DNA of 63,921 nucleotides, counting the filler, from Collodictyon triciliatum (lineage: Eukaryota): assembly GCA_043381765.1 (NCBI GenBank). It is 3 parts of 3 records of this genome, joined end to end, with 100 filler letters (N's around TTAATTAATTAA, not from the genome) between each part and the next. Parts side by side here need not be neighbours in the genome. Positions count along the whole stretch, not along the records: positions 1 to 24,307 come from JBHJMP010001088.1; positions 24,408 to 48,696 come from JBHJMP010001089.1; 1 more part is not named here. One strand, 5' to 3'. Shown piece by piece: positions 13,690-26,728 of this stretch. Numbering within the stretch: the first letter of the stretch is position 1; every line of letters begins with the position of its first letter. The notes beneath the pieces were generated by a model. The model was not told the DNA's origin. It saw nothing but the letters and a program-made list of their open reading frames with translations, and searched no databases. A program made the translations under genes and the position numbers.

Positions 13690-16600
13690 GTATGCAGTCG
13701 TGACTTAAAGGGGCAAAATGTGTTTTTGATGAAGAACGGAATGGTCAAGCTTGGTGAATCATATATTATACAAATAATCACAAAGTTACATCAGGATAAT
13801 TATATCTCTCAAAAATAGTTGTAAAAAAAAACATTAAAATAAGGATATGAATACTAAGCCAAATACTTCAATCAAAAAGGTGATTTTGGAGTGTCTCGAG
13901 TAATTAGCAAATCCGGTGAGCTAGCTCGGACACTTGTGGGAACACCTTATTATTTGAGCCCTGAAATTGTTAAAGGACAAGGATATCCTCATAATGATAA
14001 TATTTATGCTATTTGATTACGTAAAATGTTTGTTGACCCCTCATCGTTCTTTGTATCTATGTATCTTTGTTTCGCCCTTCATTTATTATTCAGTTTATTT
14101 TATTTCTTTGTATGCCTTGACAAAAATTCACATATGATTTCAAGTCAGATGTTTGGTCACTTGGGTGCATTTTGTATGAGCTATGTACTTTAAATCGCCC
14201 CTTTCAAGGAACCGTACCATTTTTTTTTCGTTCATACATTGTTGTATCTCTATAAAGTCTTTGAACTAACTGATAGTTATATTAAATTACAATTTAAATG
14301 ATTCAAACCTCACAATGTTTTTGAATATATTTCTTAGTGTAGAAAGAATACAACATTCATGGTATAGCTGAGCATTCTTTTTCTCTCGTGATACATGTGC
14401 ATAGGATATGATACAGTTAATGGTGAAAATTCAAGCTGGAAAATACACTCCTGTACCAGCTGACTACTACTCTGAACAAATGAGGAACCTGGTGGAGTCT
14501 CTTCTCTGCTACGACAAAGATAAACGACCGTATATGCCAACCGTCATGGCCAACCCATTCGTTTTGGAACATGTTGCAAGAGTAGCAGAGGAGTTTTCAA
14601 AGGCACCTGCGGAAGCGTGAGTGTAATAGTAGATTTTACATACCATTATAGGCACAGTTGTTTCATTTTAGAAGTAGATTAAAAGAAAAAAAAAACAAGC
14701 GCGAGCTTTATATCCTTATCATGATATCACGAAATCACCCAAATACCTCGTTATGCTCTAACGATGATCTACAGGACAATACCAGATATACCTCCTCGAC
14801 CAGTCCTGAAGCGCAACCAACAAAACATGGATGCAGTTTCACCTGCAATGGTTGCAAACTCTCCCGTGATTCCACTTCCCCTTCCACACCAACAACCACA
14901 ACAACAATTACAACAACCGCAGCAGCAGCAGCAGCAGCAGCCTCTTCCAAACTCTCATCCTGAGGTATCTTCTGTACCCCAAATATCACCAGCGGCGGTA
15001 AAAGAAGACAAAGTAGATACAAAGCCGATGCCGCCACCACCAAAAATCCCACTGAAACCGCCCTCACAGGCTGTTCCGAAAGTAGAGGAGGATATCGACC
15101 CGAACAATCCAATTATGATATTCCGCGCCAACCTTGCAAAAAAGGAAAAAGAGACAAAACCTGGGGTTGGTAACCAACCAGGCGGAGGCAAAGCAGACCA
15201 ACATCCTTCCTCTGCTGTCGCACGAACAAAGCCACCTGATACCAGCCAAGCAAAAGAACCCACTGGAGGGATTTCAAGCGAGTCTCAGCCATTAGTCAAC
15301 ATACCTACAGCAAATCCTACCCAAATCCCACAATCCTCACAAAAGGCAGAAAACGCTTCGGTTGTACAAAGTACGGAACCCAACACGCCCCAACCGAGCA
15401 GCATCAACATCAGTGTAGCGCACGAGCCCATCAACCCCAGTCCTCAGGACGAAAATCTACAGATAAATCCACTATATCCACCGCTGCAGATGCCAATAGT
15501 CAAAGAAGAGCGAACATCTATGATTATGGAACAGTTGCGCTCGGTCAAGTCTATGGTTTCATTCTTCCCCCGAGGCAGCCAACCAGCCCAAGGCCAATCC
15601 TCTCAATCATCCTTACATTTGAATACCTCCCAACCTCAGATGCAATCGCAACCACCACCGCAACTGCAACTGCAACCACAACTACAACCACCGACTGACC
15701 CTGCTATCGACCTGGAAAATGCAAGGGCTCAAAAAGTTGCCGAGCAGATTAAGCGTCAAATCGGTAACATGCCTCGTCGTGGTTCGATTGTTCGACCATC
15801 TATGCTCCCAACAAATGTGTGCACGGTGAGTAGCCACTTTCCTTTCAAAATCATCGAATATTTTATTTCTGCATGTAATTTATGCAGATACGTAAAACCA
15901 AGCAAATAAATGAAGAGCTTAAGTAATAGCATTAGTTGAGATCCAGTTCTATTTTAAATTTATAAACTGATGCTCGATTGCCTTTGACAATTGTAAAAAA
16001 AAATAAAAAAAATAATAATTATCGGAATAGGAAAACCATGAAATAGATTGGCTAGAGTCCAACCAGCTGGAGGGATTGGAACAAGAAGACCGCAATGTTG
16101 TGTACGTCTTTGATTACATTAATACATTCGATTTGCCGTCGCGCCCAGCTCTGTAACTTTTCAACCCCCAGCCACGGTATGTAAATTACTTTGATGTAGC
16201 ATAAACCGTGAGGAAATGGACATGCGGCACTTTTTGAAGTTCATCAAGCGCAAGTTCATGAACATATTTGTGGCAGACCCCGATGATGATGTGAATGCGC
16301 CTCTCCCCGGGTACGACAATCGTAGCATTCGCATCGCCATGGACGGCAACGGACGACGCCTGGGCAGTGCAGAACAAGGGATTCGCCGACAAGGCAGCGC
16401 AGAACAAGGAATCCGCCGATTCGGAAGTGCAGAGCAAGGTGTCCGGAGACAGGGCAGCTTGGAACAAGCGGCACGTCGGACAACCGAGACCCCAGACAGA
16501 AAGCGCACAGGCAGTGCAGAGCCCATCATCGACCGCCCAATCATCATCGAAAGCTACCAACCGGTTGTCCAGCCGATGCGCTTGACGTCGCCCTCACCGA

Positions 16601-18331
16601 CACCGGCGACTGCTGCACAAAGCCATCTGCTTTCCCCGCCGCTTCCCCAGCCTCTGAACATCCCTGCTTCAGCCTCCCCCAATCTGTCTCCATCAGTCGC
16701 ATCATCTACAGAGGCTGCAGCCCTGCAGAATCCAAGTAGCGCACGGAGCAACGCAAACCCGCCGTCTGCGCGAATGGAGACAAAATCGCCTGCAGCTACG
16801 GAGCGGCCTTTGGCCAAGCTGATTGAGGATTTGCCGTCCAAGTCTAGTGGCCCTGTGAGTGTGGCAGGTGCTTTTGCAAACATACTCGACGCACCGCAGA
16901 ACGAACCTGCGCGTCTGCACTATGAATTCAGGGCGTCTCTAGGACTCGGCGCACACCCTCCTGAGAAATCTGCTCGCCTTAACACCTCTGAACGAGTTGC
17001 AAGACGAGAAAATGCGCTCTATCAGGCACATAATCCACTAGACTACAGAGCAACGCAATCTTGCCCGCCAATGGACACAGCGCATATCCGAAGGGCCCCG
17101 TTTGGCCCCGTCCTTCTTCAAAGCGGCAATGGAGGCGATGCAGATAAGTCTGTCCCTCTCCGCATGTCAAACACAGCACCAAATATCATCGCCTCTGCAC
17201 GCACAACCCCTGCCATTCCATCACGCCATACGGCGTCCCTGGTCCCAACCGCGTCTCCCCAAAAGTCCCTGTCGAATTCGCCCTCCACCTCGCACCCTTC
17301 CGAAACGCCGCCAGACCCACTAAACCCTCCAGAAAGCCAGTTGCAGTCTCCTTCCCTCGTCCCCGCCCAGAGTCAAGGCCAATCACCTTCCTCAAATCCA
17401 GACCAGAAGATACCGAAGCCTTCTGAGAATGCTGCCCAATCCTTGCAGCGGGCACAGCTCGGCCCATCAACTCCGACCTTCTTGGAGCCTGCCTTTGCCC
17501 CGCAAGACTCACTCTCTTCTGGAACTCGTTCTGTCCCCCATGCTGGACCAAAGATACATGTACGGCGCCCCATCCCTGGCGCCCCTGCTGTACAAGCACG
17601 GGAGCAGGTTCATGCAATCTCTGTTGCAGATGTTGCAAAGATGTCTGCCATGATGAAAGAAAATGGAGGGCAGGTACTCGATGTTGATGCCACAAAAGCG
17701 CCTCGAATACGCGGTGGCCTTGGAGTGAGAGACGACCAGAATGAATCGGCCGGGGCGTTTCCTGGGTCATCGCATCGGGTCCATCAGAACGTGAGGCAAG
17801 GGCGGCAGTCTGTATCTCCAACCACCGGGAGGGCTTCGTCACTTTCGGTTTGGCTTTTACTTGTGGCCATGATGTCATGATTATTTTTCTGTTTCCCTTT
17901 GCCATTCGAATTAGCCAGAAACTAAGATGAAGCGTAATTTTTGATTACTTTTTTTTTCTTTATTAAAACTTTTCTTTGTTTCCTGTGTCGATAGAGTAAA
18001 TAGGTATATCACACGGGCATGGGATTCCAATGCGAGGACTTGGCCTTTCAGATGAACGGGAGCACAAACAGAGAAATACAGAGTCCGATTCCGTCCTTGG
18101 GCGATATTCGCGCACCAAACTTTATTCTGCCCGATGGGGCGACATCCATCTCCTCGGACATCACACGCACACATTCCAAACAAATCTCTGCTCCCACAAC
18201 CTCTGGTCGAGTGGGCTGTCCACACACCTCTGTGGTTGTATATATGCAGATACCGGCACGCAAAATCCTTTTTCCCAGCTTACACAGTCATCACTGACAC
18301 TAAACTCCCGTGCTCTATGCCTCAAAGCTGA
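12583..18331 (+). CDS. NIMA-related (NEK) Ser/Thr kinase with a long Pro/Ser/Gln-rich C-terminal tail
   Basis: [92 protein letters not shown]. The 3' end is approximate. Confidence 0.92.
13597..13689. repeat. (ATT)n microsatellite in intron
   Basis: Direct reading. Confidence 0.9.
13983..14131 (+). other. U12-type (minor spliceosome) AT-AC intron in the NEK kinase domain
   Basis: 5' site ATATCCTC, branch site TGCCTTGAC at 14113-14121, 3' CAC. Removal restores [16 protein letters not shown] in frame. Confidence 0.92.
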
Positions 18332-18792
18332 TTGAAACTTTTTTTCTTCCATTTTCCTCACCGGCATTAGTTGCATATACGCTATCTACACACTTTCATA
18401 AGGGCGATTTCTTTTCTTATCTATAAATCCCATCTTTTCGCATAATAACTCTATGGAGCCAATTACCGGGCCAGGAAACAGCAACATAAAGACATGCTAA
18501 TACACGATTAAAAAAAAAAAGGTGAATAAATGGGTACAATGCGACAAATTTTACCTGTGAGAATACTTGTTCCTTTTTTACTCTCTCTTCAAGATGAGCT
18601 CTATTTCCACCATTTGTGTGTGTATCGATGCATTTGAGGAAAGGGGTATTGGCCTACTCGACTCTATTTTTTATTTTGTTATTTGGCCATAGGAGACTCC
18701 TTTTGATTCTTCCTGCTGTTATATTTTCTTTTCTTTTTTACCTAATTTTCCTTTTTCAAACATAATAGCTTCATGAAAAGGTATGAACACTC

Positions 18793-21647
18793 TCAGCGGT
18801 TGTACCTCGAATGTCTCGCCGCTACGAGATAATAAGTTTTTGATGGGGTGCCATGTCCAAAGTCTAACTGGACGCCACTTTCTTCAAATGTAAATCCAGA
18901 TTCCAGTTGGGATACTGTTTCCTGTGTGCAGTGTATTCGCCCAGGACGGGCTGTCCGCTGCAGATGGTCGGCCACATTCACAGCTTCACCGAACAAGTCG
19001 TAGACATATTTTTTGGTTCCAATAACGCCTACAAGAAAGAAGAAAAAAAAAAGAAGAAAATATAGCATGCCAAACATAACATTCAAATATATTTCTTTCT
19101 TACATAGGTCAAAATTTTAATATTTTATCAACAAACTCTTATAGATGTTAAGAGAAAATGTTAACAAACAATAAACAATAAACAATAAACAATAAACAAT
19201 AAACAATAAACAATAAACAATAAACAATAAACAATAAACAATAAACAATAAACAATAAACAATAAACAATAAACAATAAATAAATACTAAATACCAAAAC
19301 AAAAATTGTTACATACAAAACAAATAATAAAAAATCGGTAGAATCCTTTGCATATTTTAGTGGAAAAAAAAATACCAGCTAAGCATGGTCCGCTGTGGAT
19401 TCCTATTCTAAAGTTCCACTTTTCGTAGTTGATTGCATTGAAACGGTCGAGAATTCTTTGCATGGCCATCGCAGTGTGGGCGATTGCAAAGTGATGTTTG
19501 TGACCAACTGCGTCACCAGAGATGCCTGCAGCTGCAACATACGTGTCCCCATACGTTTTAATTTTCTCGACACCAGGAACAGCAAAGACTGCATCATCAA
19601 GTGCTCCAAATAGCTCGGCCAGCAGTGTAATTAGTTGCACGTGAGTGTAGCGAGAACAAAGGCGAGAGAAGTTTACGATTCCAATCACAAGGATGCTGGC
19701 ATTTGGGAACCGCCTCGAAATCAAGAGGCCCGCATTTGAATTGAAATAGGATATACTTTTGCGGGACCGAGATTGATTTTGAGGCTGTGTTTGTTTCTGT
19801 CGGAGGTTGAGCTGTAGCCTTTTGACGACAAAATCTGGGAGGACATTGAGAATAAGTGAGTCGCTGGTATCTTTTTGCATTTGGTATAAACGTCGAGCAT
19901 CCTGACAGATTTTTATCAACATCCATTCTTGTCTAACTTGCTTTTCGAGGTCGTAACTAAAGAATGCACCGATTGCAATCAACAAGAAGAGTGAAATATT
20001 ATATCTCACAATAGCGACCCGGGCAAAGTTGCCAGCGTAGAAACACAAAAAATTAAAGGCAGCGAAAAGCAGAAGCGCAATAACACTTCCATACAAGAAT
20101 CGTAGCCGGACGCAGCAGAAGCCATAAAGTATTACAAAGACAAGTCCATAGAACGCATAATCTATTGTTGGTGAATCCTCGATATAATAGACTGTGAGTA
20201 TTTGCCCAACACCTAGAGATAGAACAGACCAGAATATGGCATACTCCATGATAGAGCGATATTTGGTGGCAACATACAGAGATATTAGGTAGGAAGGAGT
20301 GATGATAGCAAAGCGCGTAATGAACAAATCTGCAAACTTTTGGGATGGTGCCACTAAAGCATCCAAGATACTACTGGTGGAGATGAAAAAGAACCCAAGT
20401 ACCCCAGCAATCATAAGATAGGACTTTACATAATCACAGTAGTATTCCATAAACAAGCTCTCATTTTCTGCGTCTTGAAATCGTAGACTCCACTTATGAA
20501 AAGAAGGTTGCTCATTTTTTAGAATTTTTTCGTAGCCTTTTCCCCATCGGTGATAAGGTGCGTCTTTCTCTTTTTCATCACCGCCGTTCTCATCTTCATA
20601 ATCATCACTAGAGCTACCATAGTCATCCTCCTCGTCATCATAATTCTCGGTATCGTTTCCAGATGCAAAGAGGTCATGCTGATGACGATAAGGATGACTT
20701 GACGATGAAGAGGTATTGAAACGCAGACTTGTTGCTTGGTTCTCTGTAGGCAAGCCTGTGTCATTATGTTTGGCAGGTTTGTTCTTCCTGCATGCTTCAG
20801 ATTCAGCTGGTTTACGATGATTACGGTCAGGTCGGTCTGTGAGCTGGTCTTCATAATTATGGTAAGTTTGGAACGGTTCGGGAACAAGACTGTTATATGA
20901 ATAAATATTGGTATTTGAGTTCGACTTTGCATTTTGATCTGTATTTGAATTTCCATTTGCATTTGCATTTGCATTTGCATTTGAACTGGGCAAAAGTGGC
21001 TCGTCGGTTCCGTTTGTGTGGTTTCTTGTAGCTTGTGCTTGAAATTCCTTTGAGGTCTCAGAGTTTATGGATCTCTGTTGATTTTGGGGTTGTTGATCGT
21101 GCGATGTGCTCGGGACCTCAGAAGGGACATCTCCATGTGAAAAAGATGACTCCATGTCAGAGAATTGGTCTGGAGAGAAAGCCATTTGGTGTTCAATCAT
21201 TTCAGAGAATGGGACATATCCTTCTTTGACGAATATGAGTCTGGTCCTTTTCTTTTTCCCAGTAGAGATGACATCTACAAATTCAAACACATAGCGCGGC
21301 TCATCCTGAATAAATTCGTAAGTTGCGGGAGAAATTTGTATAGCAGCACAACCCAATGGGCGTGGCATGTTGGCCAGTTGGTATGCTTTTCCAACTGTTT
21401 CTCCAAACAAATCGTACGTCATTTTTCTCTTGCCCACGAGCTGCATGCACAAATAAAATAAAATATAATAAATGAATATTTACTTTCCAAACTTGTTTTA
21501 TACTCACAAATTATTCTCACGCAGCAAACAATATAGGGAGAACAACAGTAAGAGTAAGAGTAAAAATAAAAGTAAAAAAAATAATTATTTACTAAATAGG
21601 TCTATCATATCGTATTTCTTTTTGTCAGATCAATGGCAAATTATATG

Positions 21648-21744
<97 letters not shown>

Positions 21745-23352
21745 TTATGAATAAACATATAAACAAGATAGAAATCATACCCCGGATATTATTGGGCCCG
21801 TTGCGATTCCTGTATGGGAGAATTTGTGATGTGATTGAAATATGCAGATAATACATACACATAGTCATATGTACATATATTCATATTGAAAAAAAATTAT
21901 TACAAAAATAAAGACAACAATCGATAAATATGTTTAAATACCTATGCTCAGTGTAAAATTCAAGTCAGGTTCATGAATAAATTCATTGAACAACTGAAGT
22001 TGCCGCATCATCAGGAGGGCCATATCCACAACCACAGTGGCATGAAACTTGCCCACCACGGAAGGCGAGGGCACACCAGCTACGACCTAGACATACAGAC
22101 AAGTGATTTCACTACAAAAGCGAGACAGACCGCACATGCAGAGAAAGAATAGGGAAACAAAACGACGAGAAGGGGAGAAAGAACACAGGCATATTAGAAA
22201 GCCAGGAAAGGCATGGATGCACGGACGCACGGTGTAGCAGCTGGGTGCAGAGCGGAGCTTCTCGAGGCCAAGCAGGTCGCCGGTGGTGTCGAAGGCGGAG
22301 AAGAGGCGGTTGAGGAGGAGGACGAGGCGGTCGGGCGGAAGGCGCGCGCAGAGGAGCGGGAAGCGGCCGACGGCGGCGACGAGGAGGGATGCGGCGGGGG
22401 TGTGGTCTGCGAGGGGCCCGTGTGCGAGGCTGTGGCTGTGGCTGTGGCTGTGGCTGTGGCTGTGGCTGAGCCTGCCGGCGACCGCGCGGGGGACGATGTT
22501 TGCGAGGATGCGGGCAGAGCGTGCGCGTTCGCGGCGCAGGGCGTCCCTGTGGAGGGAGATGAGCCAGGCGTGGAGGAAGCGGGAGCGAGCGGCGGCGTGG
22601 CGGTGGTGGGAGGCGAGGCCGAGGAGGGCGTAGGACCAGACGAGATCCAGCGCCTGGCGGGCCAGCAGCGGGGGCGGCGAGACCAGGCGGAAGGCGCCCA
22701 GCGCGGCCACGTGCACGAGCGCAGCCACCGCGGCGGGGCCCGGCGCAGCGACCAGCGGCACGCTCAGGAACAGCGGGTTGAGCGCCGCCACGCGGTCCAG
22801 CACGCGCATGGCCACAAACGCCGCGTGCACCAGCCCGATGCCGGCGGCGGCGGCCCACGCGAGGAGCGGCCTCTGCGTCTGTGTCTGCATCTGCGCCCTC
22901 TGCCGCGCCAGCCACAGCAGCGCCGCAAGCACAGGCACAGCCACAAGGTACCGTACCAGCGCCGCCGGCCGCACGCACGAGTCCAGCGCCCCGCCCAGCC
23001 CCTCGCCCTGCACGTACGCGCGCACAAGCACCTCGTACGGCCCGTACGCCAGCGCAAGCCCCAGCGCCGTCGCCGCCACCCGCTGCTCCGTGCGCGCCTG
23101 TGCCCGTGCCCGTCCGTGCGGCCCCGCCTCGTGCTGCGCGTACGCCGCCTCCACCCGCCCGTCCCCGAAGCCCCGCCCGGGCCACCGCCGCACCCGCTCG
23201 TACAGCGCCCACACCCCCCGCCCGTCCCACACGCCCTGCGGCTCCGGCAGCCGTCGGAACGACCGTCCCTCTTGCCCGCCGTCCCGGCTCCTCCTCCTCC
23301 TGCTGCTGCTGCACACGCTCTCCAGGCCGAGAATCGCTGGCCCCCGCTCCAT
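18793..23352 (-). CDS. Membrane class III nucleotide cyclase-like protein (TM block-C1-TM block-C2) with degenerate catalytic residues
   Basis: Two cyclase homology domains (LLNRLFSAFD...GIATGPIISGLVGKRKMTYDLFGETV; EKIKTYGDTYVAAAG...[32 protein letters not shown]), each preceded by a hydrophobic helix cluster and an ILANIVP/LILNVLP helical motif. Confidence 0.9.
19166..19280. repeat. (AAACAAT)n repeat in intron
   Basis: Direct reading. Confidence 0.9.
21648..21742. repeat. (AAT)n microsatellite in intron
   Basis: Direct reading. Confidence 0.9.
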
Positions 23353-23399
23353 GGCCTCGTTGCAGCGGTCCCTTGTTTTGGTTCTTTTTCTTTTCCGTA

Positions 23400-23622
23400 T
23401 TTTTTGTCTTTTTTCTTTCTATTTTTTTCTTCTTTTTCTTCTTTTTTCTTCTTCTTTTTTCTTCTTTTTTCTTCTTTTTTTCTTTTTTCTTTCTTCTTCT
23501 TTCTTCTTCTTTCTTCTTCTTCTTTTTTCTTCTTTTTTCTTCTTTTTCTTCTTTTTTCTTCTTTTTTCTTCTTTTTTCTTCTTTTTTCTTCTTTTTTCTT
23601 CTTTTTTCTTCTTTTTTCTTTT
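23400..23622. repeat. CTT/T-rich low-complexity tract
   Basis: Direct reading. Confidence 0.85.
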
Positions 23623-24158
23623 TGGTTTGTGGGATCGAATGGGTGATATTCCTGACAAGTCATTTGTTGGTGGTGGATGGGATAGGCTGCGGCTGCCAGA
23701 TCGGCTTCGTGGCGGCTGTGTGCGGCGACCCCTGACGCGAAAGGTTTTGACAAGCAAACTAGATTCTGATCCTTTCAAACATACAATGCCTGCAGACAAC
23801 TAAATGCCTAAACACGTAATAATATATACATATTTTGTCAAATTTATGTTCACTATTGCTAAAATTTCATTTTTTGACAAGTATATGTCATTTTAATTAT
23901 AAGTTCCGCATGTAGGTAAAACATTTTGAGGCTTGATTCGCCGAAGGTTCACTTGATCCACAGCTTCTGTTCGGCTCTGCGCTGCCGCGATTCGTCTCTC
24001 TACAGCTCCCTTAAGAGCTGCAGCGATTACTCTCGTCCAGGGCAGCCCGCGGGTGCTGAATAACCGCTGCTGAAACCAAAAAGACACGTGCTCTTCTCTG
24101 CTGACAGAGTGGCCCGAACGTGAAGGCCTTCTTTGAACTGGCTGCTTGCCACACGAGA

Positions 24159-24178
24159 GAAAAAAAAAGAAAAAAAAG

Positions 24179-24263
<85 letters not shown>

Positions 24264-24300
24264 AAAGAAAAAAAAAGAAAAAAAAAAAAAAAAGAAAAAA
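24159..24300. repeat. Poly-A / A-G tract at contig end
   Basis: Direct reading. Confidence 0.85.
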
Positions 24301-24307
24301 GAATTAA

Positions 24308-24407
24308 NNNNNNNNNNNNNNNNNNNNNNNNNNNNNNNNNNNNNNNNNNNNTTAATTAATTAANNNNNNNNNNNNNNNNNNNNNNNNNNNNNNNNNNNNN
24401 NNNNNNN
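24308..24407. other. Artificial contig linker (N44-TTAATTAATTAA-N44)
   Basis: All-frame-stop palindrome in a 100-nt block; an identical block occurs at 48697. Confidence 0.95.
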
Positions 24408-25044
24408 CTTCCTCGACAGAAGCGCTTGTGATCTCGCAGAATTCTTGGATGTTGGAGGCCATTCAGCTCTGTTTTGTGCTTTGGGGGGTGGGAAACTCTT
24501 AGTCTGTGGCTGCGAAGAGGCAAAAGGAAACATAGGATCGAGCGAATGTATATGAATATATGAATATATGTGTGTCAGAAGGCCACGCCGTTCTTCTAAG
24601 AAGCGCAAGAAGGAGACGGACATTCTCGGCTGCAGACTTCGTGGAAAAGCGCCATCCACAGAGACCGGCCCAAAGGTTTGATGCTTCGTTGGAGATGCCT
24701 TCTCGGATTAAGAATCCATGTTGCGTTGGCAGGAAATAATCAAAGGGGAAAAGGATAGGGGTGGAATTATTGGATAGATAAACCATATAATGATAACGTG
24801 AGATATTTTATGTACAGTTGAAAAAGTTTGTCCATCATTTAATGTATAAAATAATCAAGATTATAATATCCAGATATGTATAATAAGCCGTGATTGCACG
24901 ACCTACTTTGTGCTCCATCGACAGCAATCGCTCTTGGCAGAAGGTGGGAGCATAAATCTTGCGGCTGAAGAGAAGGAGGAGCAAAGAAAGAGGTATAATG
25001 GGTGTAAGCAGTTAGTGAATAAGTTGCGTATCTTATGTTTCTGA
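24408..25044 (+). CDS. Probable 3' fragment of an unknown gene truncated by the gap
   Basis: Exon-like pieces RPRRSSKKRKKETDILG...GPK|GT and AG|ICIISRDCTTYF...KLRILCF*. No family recognised. Confidence 0.3.
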
Positions 25045-25547
25045 TAGCGTAAAAGATTACATGTGATTTACAAAGAACTTTTGGCGAAAGACACAGACCC
25101 TTGTGCCCAATTGCTGCTATGCGAGGCGAGTTTTGATTATGATTTCATAATGAAATAAGTTCAATAGTCCACGTCCAGTTCATTATTTTGGTGGGTACAT
25201 GTTTCATTTTCGCTTCATTTTTTTTCGAAATATAAACAGTATTTACAAATCATTCGCAGATTGTAGACTGTACGCGTTGGGCACAAGTATGCCTCGTAAA
25301 AGAATTCGAAGAGGTGTTAAGATTTTTTTAATTTGTTTGATTGAATACTTATTTTTCTATTTAGGACACACAATTTATACGAAATAGTACTTTAATGATT
25401 AAGCCGAAACGACGAATAATGGAGTTTTCAATTATTCAAATTAAAAGAGCTAGAATATTTTGGTTCAAATAAATACTTAAGTTATTAAACAAATCATTAG
25501 AGAAGAAATGATAGATGGTACGACTTCTCCCATTCTTTCTTTCTTTC

Positions 25548-25651
<104 letters not shown>

Positions 25652-26728
25652 CGCTAGGTATTGTATTTTTGGATTTTTAAGCTGCAACACTCGTCAAAAA
25701 TCATTCTCATTGCCTCTTTTTCTTGCTGATTTGCGATTCAAAACTAGGTTTCATCATAAAAATCGAACATTTTGGTTTACAATGTTCCCCTTCTTTTTTT
25801 CTTTATCTTTCTTAACTTTCATTTAAACAAAATGTGCAAAGTCATCAATATAGAGATATAGAATGAGTATATTTAATTCGGAAAAAAAGCATGATAATCC
25901 GTTTCCAAAACCTCGTGACTGTGTACCTATTTTTATTTGCTTCTTCATCTGTTTCATTTTCTTTATAAGCTTTTCTTTTTGTCTTTAAAAAAATCTATTG
26001 ATTGCATCGAAACAAGGAAATAGAGGCATCATCTGAAGATATAGAGTCACATATCAGAAGGTGTAGTAAACTGTTTTGTTTTAATTATGCCTGCGCCGAC
26101 TTTAATCGGCTACTTATATACGGTATGCAGATGAAGTTATTTGAGATTCCATGTGAGTGACTATTTTCTGTGGATTTGTTGAAGAACTGTTCATAAAGGT
26201 TTAAATACGTCGATTATCATCACACTAGCTTCAGTGTCTATTCAATAAACACGCTTTCTTCACATTCGTCATTTTTCTTTGTATTAAAAAAAAAAACACT
26301 TAAATAAGCTGGATGCGATGCGGCTGCCTGGAAACATGTTTTGTCAGCATTGCTCGCTCAGCCGGGGAAAGAAACACCTCCTTTATCCCCAGCTTCGTCA
26401 GAAGTCTACTTTAAAAAGAGTGGAATATATAAGGGAGGTGTAGCCCCAGACTGATGCAAGGCTTTGGATACATAATATGTGCAAAGTAGGGGCGCGGGTG
26501 GTTTGGGAATGTGTATGGGAGAGAAAAGGGGGTTGAAAAATAAAAATGGAAGTTAAATGCCGGAGTAGAGCAAAGTCAGGGCTGTGTCTGTGTTGTCGTG
26601 TCAAATCGTTGCCTGCCTTCAAAAACACCTTCCTGACAACTTGCCTCTTCCCCTTGGGTTTAGCTCGCTGCAGGAGCGAAGTGTCTTTCATAACACTCCT
26701 ATCAATTCGGCAGGAAAATCGCTCGATA

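Noticed and set aside
7250-18331. BBS2 plus NEK as a ciliary gene cluster with an RFX X-box
   Set aside because: Adjacency alone is weak evidence, and no convincing X-box was found upstream of BBS2.
22112-23803. Multiple long overlapping ORFs in several frames
   Set aside because: A by-product of very high GC and stop-free low-complexity tracts; only the cyclase frame has recognisable motifs.
24308-24407. TTAATTAATTAA palindrome within Ns (also at 48741-48752)
   Set aside because: Synthetic all-frame-stop linker; gene adjacency across it is not evidence of linkage.
26305-26442. Short stems and an ACACCTCC/GGAGGTGT inverted repeat
   Set aside because: The helices are short and mutually competing, with no Sm site or box motifs; more likely promoter sequence or chance.
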